In this document: in pieces, positions 57,449 through 64,000 of the stretch
Layout: the number at the start of each line of letters is the position of its first letter
How positions within the stretch are numbered: the stretch's first letter is position 1
IMG/VR virus record: IMGVR_UViG_3300022921_000002
Coordinates: 124,001 to 188,000 of that record
Direction: 5' to 3' (one strand)
Length of the DNA: 64,000 nucleotides
Position numbers and translations under genes: made by a program
Notes under the pieces: generated by a model
Databases searched by the model: none
What the model was told of the DNA's origin: nothing
The model's input: the letters and a program-made list of their open reading frames with translations, nothing else

Positions 57449-57621
57449 TGTTTAAATTGTTTAAATCTAATACAGACGCAGAAATTGATTTTGGGCAAGA
57501 TGTATCAATGGTACCACAGATTGAAATAGTACCTGAGCCATCATTATCAGATATGCTCAAATTGGTTGAAGAACGTCTTGACCGTATTGAAAGTAAAATT
57601 GACAAACTACTCAATGAGTAA
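57448..57621 (+). CDS. hypothetical protein, 57 aa
   Basis: Hand-translated MFKLFKSNTD...RLDRIESKIDKLLNE. Confidence 0.55.
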   Translation: MFKLFKSNTDAEIDFGQDVSMVPQIEIVPEPSLSDMLKLVEERLDRIESKIDKLLNE

Positions 57622-58984
57622 GGTTTGGTTAGGTATAAGTGAAGGCTTCCATGATGCCGGTGTAAGTATGATTTGGAACGGGCAAATATTGTCGGCAACT
57701 CATGCTGAACGGTTTAGTCGTAAAAAGAATGACCGTTGGGTTCATCCTATGCAGTATCCGCAAGGTATTAATAACGGATATGATAAGATTGCTTTTTATG
57801 AAAAACCTTGGTTGAAAACAACGCGTCAGCTATGGGCAGGTCAAGGTTTAAAACCAAAACGTACTAAATACAACAAGTCATTCCATCACCATGAGTCTCA
57901 TGCTGCCGCAGGGTTTTATACTTCAAAGTTTGATTCCTGTAATATTTTAGTTATTGATGCAATTGGTGAATGGGATACTGTTTCCGTTTGGAAAGCATGG
58001 ACGAAGAACGGTATACCAAAAATGATTAAATTAAAATCATATAAGTATCCGTTTTCAGTGGGTTTGTTTTATTCAGCAATTACTAAATCAATTAAATTGA
58101 AGCCACAGGAAGATGAATATATTACCATGGGTATGGCAGCATACGGCGAGCCAATTTATACCGATGAGCTCAAAGAAATAATGCTACACAAAAATTGCCA
58201 TAAAGGAATAGCGCAATTTCAATATGCAAAAGATGAAGATATTGCGGCATCAGCACAAAAGGTTGTTGAAGATTTCATTATTGAAATGGTAAAAGATTAT
58301 TGCCCACACGAAAACCTGATTATGATGGGTGGTGTGGCATTGAATTGTGTTGCGAATACAAAGGTTGCTGAACTTGGTAAAAACATTTGGATTATGCCAA
58401 ATCCTGGTGATTGTGGATCTTCATTAGGTGCTGCGGCACTAGGTTATGGAAAGAAATTGATATGGGAAGATCCATATCTTGGAACGGAGATTAAAAATGA
58501 AGTACAAATTAGTGGCGTTGTTCAGCATCTTATTGATAATTCCTATTGCGGTATTGCGAATGGCCGCGCTGAGTTTGGCCCTCGTGCCCTTGGCAATCGT
58601 AGCCTTATCGCTGACCCTCGACGAGATGTTAAAGATACCGTTAACGAAATTAAACGTAGACAAAAATTTCGACCCTTTGCACCTGCGATCCTGGAAGAAT
58701 TTGCTAATGAATATTTCCAAGGACCAATGAATGAGTATATGCAATTTGTGGCGCAAGCCAAACACGACTATAAATCTGTAACCCACGTTGATGGTTCAGC
58801 ACGTGTTCAAATTGTAAAACCAAACTGTAAATCTATATTACGCCCAATACTTGAGGAATGGTATGAAAAGACAGGTTGTCCAATGTTATTGAATACGAGT
58901 TTAAATATTAAAGGTCAACCGATGGTTGATACTTGGGAACACGCATTAGAATTTGAAAAGAAATATAATGTTAAAGTCTTCTAA
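57614..58984 (+). CDS. carbamoyltransferase, NodU/CmcH/TobZ family
   Basis: GISEGFHDAG, AERFSR.KND, HHESHAAAG, IDAIGE, GGVALNC, EFGPRALGNRS, KRRQKFRPFAP, THVDGSAR, LNTSLN. Confidence 0.93.
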   Translation: MSKVWLGISEGFHDAGVSMIWNGQILSATHAERFSRKKNDRWVHPMQYPQGINNGYDKIAFYEKPWLKTTRQLWAGQGLKPKRTKYNKSFHHHESHAAAGFYTSKFDSCNILVIDAIGEWDTVSVWKAWTKNGIPKMIKLKSYKYPFSVGLFYSAITKSIKLKPQEDEYITMGMAAYGEPIYTDELKEIMLHKNCHKGIAQFQYAKDEDIAASAQKVVEDFIIEMVKDYCPHENLIMMGGVALNCVANTKVAELGKNIWIMPNPGDCGSSLGAAALGYGKKLIWEDPYLGTEIKNEVQISGVVQHLIDNSYCGIANGRAEFGPRALGNRSLIADPRRDVKDTVNEIKRRQKFRPFAPAILEEFANEYFQGPMNEYMQFVAQAKHDYKSVTHVDGSARVQIVKPNCKSILRPILEEWYEKTGCPMLLNTSLNIKGQPMVDTWEHALEFEKKYNVKVF

Positions 58985-59819
58985 ATATATTCTTGCAACA
59001 GGCTGCAGTTATACGGATTTAGAATATCGTTCTCCTCATTATGACATTAAACCATGGCCTATGTGGCCTGAACTTGTTGGTGACTATTTAAGTTTGCCTG
59101 TTAAAAATATTGCAAAGTGCGGTGCAGGAAATGATTTTATGTTGGATCAACTTATTCCTATAATTGCAAAAGATCATATGAATATTGATTGCGTTATGAT
59201 ACAATGGTCGGCAATAGACCGATGGTCAGTTTATAGTGATGATATATTTTTAAATAACCCAAAATCTGATATTCAAAATGAGAATACACAAGATCCTCAT
59301 AAGTTGGTTAGTAAAGAACGGGCAGGATATTATGAGCGTTTAGAATATTCAAAATATTTAATGAAAAGAATTAATGCTAAAGGAACTATAACACTTGTAC
59401 AGTTATTCTTTCAGCAATGTTTGACTATTGAAAGATTATGCCGTGCGCTTGGGATCAAATGCGTACACCTACAAGCATGTGGTCATATAGGTTTAAGTTA
59501 TGTAAACTCTGCATTAAAAATAATGGGTGAAAAATTTACTTCACACGAGCAACATATGGAATGGATGAAACAAGTAAGTTCATTACCTGAATACAAAGAA
59601 TTGTATAATGAAAAAACTACAATGATTAACTTTCCCAAAACAAGTTCTATTCCTTTAGTAAAAGTATCGGATGATCCAATATATTGGTCAGTACAGCACT
59701 TGTTTAATTCAAACCGAGATAAATATCGCATCGGACCATTAGATAGTCATCCTTCTGAAGATGGTCAGAATTTGATGGCTGAAATGTTTTACTTGAAATA
59801 TAATGAGGTTTATGGATAA
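58968..59819 (+). CDS. SGNH/GDSL-like protein (copy 1)
   Basis: TGCSYTD, WPELV, CGAGND, DSHP. Confidence 0.65.
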   Translation: MLKSSKYILATGCSYTDLEYRSPHYDIKPWPMWPELVGDYLSLPVKNIAKCGAGNDFMLDQLIPIIAKDHMNIDCVMIQWSAIDRWSVYSDDIFLNNPKSDIQNENTQDPHKLVSKERAGYYERLEYSKYLMKRINAKGTITLVQLFFQQCLTIERLCRALGIKCVHLQACGHIGLSYVNSALKIMGEKFTSHEQHMEWMKQVSSLPEYKELYNEKTTMINFPKTSSIPLVKVSDDPIYWSVQHLFNSNRDKYRIGPLDSHPSEDGQNLMAEMFYLKYNEVYG

Positions 59820-60640
59820 TGCTACTTGCTGCTGGTTGTAGTTATACTGACGAAAATTTTACCTCGGTACTTCATCCTGAATATGATACTTCATATAAAA
59901 AATGGCCTGAGATAGTTGCTGATAAACTTGGTGTAATGCATAAGAACCTAGGTGCCTGTGGTGCAGGTAATGATTATATCACAAAGCAACTGACAATGGA
60001 AATACTTAAAAATCATAAAAACATTACTGCCGTTATGGTTGGATGGACTGAAATACATCGCTTTACTATCTTTGACTTTTATCGCTGTAATCCGTTCGCA
60101 ACTGTTGCAAACCATAAAGTACCTTCTATGAAAACATATAAAAAATTTGAAACTTCTCAGGAAGAACGGGCATTGTTACCGTTCTATGATCTATTATATA
60201 GTTATGGTTTATTTGACAAACCAAGCAACGGTGGTAATACTCAAAACCTTTTCGTTTATATGGTGAGGCAACTTTTAGATGGTATGTTTCAAATACAGGA
60301 ATTATGCTCTACCTTTAATATACCTTACATCGGTGGACAGCTATGCGGATATACTGACCGTGAAAAGTGGCACACGTTGTCAAAAATATATGGCGACATT
60401 CCATTTTCAGAATCAGCATGGACAAGTATGTTTGGTGAATTAGAAGAACTGTGGAGACTTAAACCAAACAGCCATATTGGATATCCGTTTATGAAAACAC
60501 TAGGTGGTTATAGTATTAATAGTTTATTAACATACGACCAAGGACATAAGGTTTCAGAGATAGACTCTCATCCAAATGAAAAAGGTCACCAATTTATAGC
60601 GGATTTATACTATGACAAATATAGAAAAACTTATTCTTAA
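59819..60640 (+). CDS. SGNH/GDSL-like protein (copy 2)
   Basis: AGCSYTD, WPEIV, CGAGND, DSHPNEKGH. Confidence 0.65.
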   Translation: MLLAAGCSYTDENFTSVLHPEYDTSYKKWPEIVADKLGVMHKNLGACGAGNDYITKQLTMEILKNHKNITAVMVGWTEIHRFTIFDFYRCNPFATVANHKVPSMKTYKKFETSQEERALLPFYDLLYSYGLFDKPSNGGNTQNLFVYMVRQLLDGMFQIQELCSTFNIPYIGGQLCGYTDREKWHTLSKIYGDIPFSESAWTSMFGELEELWRLKPNSHIGYPFMKTLGGYSINSLLTYDQGHKVSEIDSHPNEKGHQFIADLYYDKYRKTYS

Positions 60641-60732
60641 ATTAAAATTTAAATGGTTGTATTTTAAACTACGATTTAAAAAAGATGTAATCAAAGATGA
60701 AGATGTAGACATTTACATATACGAGGCTGACG

Positions 60733-61440
60733 ATGATTAGATATATTTTTGACGTTGATGGTACACTAACACCGAGTCGTCAAAAGATGGACCGTAAGTT
60801 TAAAAAGTTCTTTTTGAAATTTATGGAAACTCATAAGGTGTGGATTGTAACAGGATCGGACTATGCCAAAACAAAGGAACAACTAGGTGCTGATATTACC
60901 GAAAATGTTGTTACTTGTTATAATTGTTCTGGCAACGAAACAAGGCATAGAGGACAAATTGTAAACGCATCAACCTGGGAATTACCTGATGAAGTACGAG
61001 CATTTCTCAACCTTCAGTTGACTATTTCAGAATTTGTTTTGAGAACAGGTAATCACATTGAAGAACGGCGAGGTTGTGTTAACTTTAGTGTCGTTGGTAG
61101 AAATGCCACACTCGGTGAACGTAAACTCTATATTGAATATGATAAGAAAACAAATGAAAGACGCAATCTTGCCAATAACTTTAATTATGTTTTTGGATCA
61201 GAATCAATGGGTCTTCATGCCGTGATTGGCGGTGATACTGGATTAGACATATATCCTATCGGTAAAGATAAATCACAAATACTTCAAGATTTTAATGCTG
61301 ATGATGATATACAGTTCTTTGGTGATAAAATGGATATCGGAGGTAATGATTATCCTTTAGCACGTGTTAATAAGGCAGGAACAAATCATCACGTTAAAGA
61401 TTGGCGTGAAACTTGGGAGATACTAAAATGTTTACCATAG
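60733..61440 (+). CDS. HAD-family phosphomannomutase-like protein
   Basis: FDVDGTLT, VTGSD, NFS.VGR, DK, FFGDKM..GGNDY. Confidence 0.85.
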   Translation: MIRYIFDVDGTLTPSRQKMDRKFKKFFLKFMETHKVWIVTGSDYAKTKEQLGADITENVVTCYNCSGNETRHRGQIVNASTWELPDEVRAFLNLQLTISEFVLRTGNHIEERRGCVNFSVVGRNATLGERKLYIEYDKKTNERRNLANNFNYVFGSESMGLHAVIGGDTGLDIYPIGKDKSQILQDFNADDDIQFFGDKMDIGGNDYPLARVNKAGTNHHVKDWRETWEILKCLP

Positions 61441-61664
61441 AAATGGACTGGGATGAAACTGCAGTTCAAGTATTAGATCAAAGTGGCCATTATGAAGATG
61501 TTGAATATATTATCTATGAGGATATTGTTTACATTAGGCAATGGGATGAAGATCTTCAAAGATATAGTGTAATCGCTATGACTGCTGAAATGTTTAGGGA
61601 TTTTGGTTTTGCCCTCGACTTACCTGAAGGTGCATACATAACAAAAAGGAAAGAAGATGATTGA
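61428..61664 (+). CDS. hypothetical protein
   Basis: ATG at 61428. Confidence 0.55.
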   Translation: MFTIEMDWDETAVQVLDQSGHYEDVEYIIYEDIVYIRQWDEDLQRYSVIAMTAEMFRDFGFALDLPEGAYITKRKEDD

Positions 61665-61905
61665 AATTTACGGAACACCAACTTGCGGATATTGTTTGAG
61701 AGCAAAAAGACTTGCACAGTCTCACGATATTGTGACAGAATATAAAGATATAACCTTTACAAATTTTAGAGAGGAATTGCTTGAACGCAAATCTGATTAT
61801 ACAACGGTTCCTCAAATTTGGTGGCACGGAAAATATATTGGCGGTTATAATGAATTAGCTAATGAAATCGAGAACACGAGAAATTTTGGAGATGGTCCTT
61901 TTTAA
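61657..61905 (+). CDS. glutaredoxin
   Basis: CGYC, TVPQI, IGGY.EL. Confidence 0.92.
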   Translation: MIEIYGTPTCGYCLRAKRLAQSHDIVTEYKDITFTNFREELLERKSDYTTVPQIWWHGKYIGGYNELANEIENTRNFGDGPF

Positions 61906-61944
61906 CTATTGACATTCCTGTTCTAATAGTGTAGATTAGAATCA
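61903..61944 (+). promoter_or_regulatory. conserved early promoter, copy 4
   Basis: TAACTATTGACA (TTGACA 61909), 17 nt, TAGATT, AGAATCA. Confidence 0.65.
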
Positions 61945-61964
61945 TCAAATAAAGGAATCATATT

Positions 61965-62207
61965 ATGACATACACCGTTGAACTCGACATTTCATCCGAA
62001 GCTGACCACAAAGAAGTTGTACAATTCGCAGCTGAACATGGCTGCCGTGTAATTATGCGTGTTGAAGAAGGTCCTGCTGGAGGAAATCCTCTTTACACAT
62101 TTGGTTCTGAAAATTTTGATATGATCCAAGAATTAACCGAACAAGTACTCGGTGCAGGCCACGGATTTGATGAAGAAGAACTTAAAACTATGATCGTGGA
62201 GGTATAA
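61965..62207 (+). CDS. hypothetical early protein
   Basis: AAAGGA RBS; GPAGGNP.YTF. Confidence 0.65.
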   Translation: MTYTVELDISSEADHKEVVQFAAEHGCRVIMRVEEGPAGGNPLYTFGSENFDMIQELTEQVLGAGHGFDEEELKTMIVEV

Positions 62208-62209
62208 TA

Positions 62210-62377
62210 ATGTTAGATCAAATGGAATTCGCAAAACGTTTACGTGGCTTAGCTCGTCGCTCAGATAATTTTGGTAAAGACCGTGAAACTATTCTTGAAG
62301 AAATCATTATGATGGCTGAGCATTACGAAACTTGGGCTGAACGTATTGAAAAGCAAATGGAAATGGAGGCAGCTTAA
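62210..62377 (+). CDS. hypothetical protein, 55 aa
   Basis: Hand-translated MLDQMEFAKRLRGLARR...QMEMEAA; GGAGG RBS. Confidence 0.6.
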   Translation: MLDQMEFAKRLRGLARRSDNFGKDRETILEEIIMMAEHYETWAERIEKQMEMEAA

Positions 62378-62706
62378 TGTCCATGCATATGGTTCGTGGT
62401 GTACAAGTCCACGGTAATTCAAAAAAGAAATTAACACCACGTGATAAAAAAGCGGCGGTCGAGCATGAGAAATGGTTGGCAAAGATGGGTGTTGGTAAAA
62501 CAAAGGCACGTAATACTAATACTATTCCTGATTATGACACAGGACCACGTATGACCTCTGATAAGGTTGCTGGTAACGGTGCTAAAAAAGAAGCAACACA
62601 ATATACTGGTAATTATATTATCGGTATTGGTCAAATGCATAAATCTAACGGTGTTCCTATCACTCGTAAAGAAGATGCGGTTGCAATCGCAAGTATGAGG
62701 CGCTAA
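62377..62706 (+). CDS. hypothetical basic protein
   Basis: YTGNYIIGIGQMHKSN.VP motif. Confidence 0.7.
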   Translation: MSMHMVRGVQVHGNSKKKLTPRDKKAAVEHEKWLAKMGVGKTKARNTNTIPDYDTGPRMTSDKVAGNGAKKEATQYTGNYIIGIGQMHKSNGVPITRKEDAVAIASMRR

Positions 62707-62909
62707 TGAAACTTACAACTGATATGATTATTGATGATGAGTACATTATGTTTGGTGACAAAGTTACTCGTTTTGAGGTTGTGGATAATAAAGGCCGCGC
62801 CTATGTAAAACACCGTGTACAAGAGCTAAAGTTTCAACTACAAGATGATGGTAGAACACTTAAAGCATTTGTGCGATTTGAAGAAGAGGAGGAAATATCA
62901 AATGACTAA
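62706..62909 (+). CDS. hypothetical protein
   Basis: VTRFEVVD..GRAYV...QDDGRTLK.F. Confidence 0.65.
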   Translation: MKLTTDMIIDDEYIMFGDKVTRFEVVDNKGRAYVKHRVQELKFQLQDDGRTLKAFVRFEEEEEISND

Positions 62910-63033
62910 ACTTATTTATGGAACAGCAATAGCATTTGCTCTGGTACTATCTAGTTGGTATCTGATCCACATTTGGTCGGATTGTCTTAATGAAAATTCA
63001 GTATTTACCTGTATGAGGATGTTAAGTAAATGA
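62902..63033 (+). CDS. small membrane protein
   Basis: ATG at 62902; one TM helix and a Cys pair. Confidence 0.5.
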   Translation: MTKLIYGTAIAFALVLSSWYLIHIWSDCLNENSVFTCMRMLSK

Positions 63034-64000
63034 AGATAATTATGAATACCGAATCAATCTATAAACGCGATTCAAAAGAAGCAATCCGTGTATGGTTTGG
63101 TGAAGTAGGAGTAGATGGTGATACCTATGGTTGGCGCAGTACAGCAGGTTTGTTGGACGGCAAAAAAGTCACGTCAGGTTGGAAAATAGTTGAGCAAAAA
63201 AATGTCGGTAAGGCAAATGAAACCTCACTTGAGGAACAGGCTGTATCTGAAATGAACTCAGACTATGATAAAAAACTTGAACGTGGCTATTTCAAAACCA
63301 TTGCTGATATTGATAAATTCACTAAGATCAAACCAATGTTGGCTGCAAAGTATGAAGATGTTACAATTAACTTTGAAACTCAAAGATATTATACTCAACC
63401 AAAATTAGATGGTATTCGGTGTATTGCTCGAGCGGATGGATTGTGGTCTCGTGGGTTTAAAGAAATCATTAGTGTACCTCATATCCATGAAAGTTTAAAA
63501 TGGTATTTTGATAAACATCCTGATGCTATTCTTGATGGTGAGTTATACAACCATGACCTCCGTGAAAACTTTAATAAGATCACATCGTTGGTCCGCAAAA
63601 CAAAACCAGAACCTTGGGACATTAAAGACTCAAAAAGATTGGTAGAATATCACGTTTATGATCTAATCAGTTCAAATGAAGTATTTTCAAAACGAATTGA
63701 TGAATTATGCCTATTGGAATTTGACCCGTGTATTCAAGTTGTTAAAACAGAAGAAGTACATAGCTTTGAAGAAATTGACGCTAAATATGGTGGATACCTT
63801 GAAGCAGGTTACGAAGGACAAATGGTCCGTGCTGATAATGTTTACCAACAAAACAAACGGTCAAAGTTTTTACTTAAACGTAAAGAGTTTCTAACTGATG
63901 AGTTTACAGTTATCGGTGTTGAAGAAGGTAAAGGTAATTGGTCAGGACATATCAAACGGTTTATCCTTGAATTAAAAGATGGTACTCAATTTGGTGCAGG
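63030..64000 (+). CDS. 30: ATP-dependent DNA ligase gp30, N-terminal part; runs off window end
   Basis: Hand translation: KPMLAAKY, QPKLDGIRC, LDGELY, YHVYD, YEGQMVR, LKRK. Confidence 0.93.
   Translation, partial: MKIIMNTESIYKRDSKEAIRVWFGEVGVDGDTYGWRSTAGLLDGKKVTSGWKIVEQKNVGKANETSLEEQAVSEMNSDYDKKLERGYFKTIADIDKFTKIKPMLAAKYEDVTINFETQRYYTQPKLDGIRCIARADGLWSRGFKEIISVPHIHESLKWYFDKHPDAILDGELYNHDLRENFNKITSLVRKTKPEPWDIKDSKRLVEYHVYDLISSNEVFSKRIDELCLLEFDPCIQVVKTEEVHSFEEIDAKYGGYLEAGYEGQMVRADNVYQQNKRSKFLLKRKEFLTDEFTVIGVEEGKGNWSGHIKRFILELKDGTQFGA

Noticed and set aside
54160-61910. CtrA boxes at promoter copies 3 and 4
   Set aside because: Only a TAAC/TTAAC half-site; no upstream TTAA at the N7 spacing.
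18131-62207. Possible paralogy between the 18131 N-terminus and 61965-62207 (Y..EL.I...GC...G...TF)
   Set aside because: Similarity is too weak to support by eye; needs a profile comparison.
1292-63894. Numerous 60-170 aa antisense or out-of-frame ORFs in the track
   Set aside because: They overlap well-supported genes and lack RBS and recognisable motifs.

Overview
A 64-kb AT-rich segment of a large T4-like myovirus, almost entirely on the + strand. The host is very probably a marine alphaproteobacterium (Rhodobacteraceae-like), inferred from a permuted two-piece tmRNA, ALA synthase, a Rhodobacter-type AtpE N-terminus, a porin and DUF1127. Core genes: topoisomerase (gp39/60, gp52), gp3, uvsY, uvsW, gp55, gp47, gp46, gp43, gp33, gp59, gp32, uvsX, gp41, gp61, thyX, nrdB/nrdA, glutaredoxin and DNA ligase. 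There is also a lysis cassette (GH19 endolysin, two-component spanin). Accessory content: (1) an ATP-synthase c subunit that keeps the proton-binding Glu but has lost the R-[NQ]-P coupling loop; (2) a circularly permuted tmRNA with tag ANDNYKPSGFALAA; (3) a tetrapyrrole route of ALA synthase, heme oxygenase and a PcyA/PcyX-type bilin reductase with an unusual Lys substitution, plus YbaN; (4) a phosphate module of PstS, a PiT-like permease, a candidate Pho box and repeated GUAAA hairpins; (5) a large late block of probable head-packaged proteins with T4 capsid-targeting-like N-termini and a 1087-aa polyprotein punctuated by EEVELDE-type protease sites; (6) a dispersed glycan-tailoring set (sulfo-, carbamoyl-, methyl- and glycosyltransferases). 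All calls come from reading motifs by eye; no database searches were run, and comparisons with known proteins are from recall.
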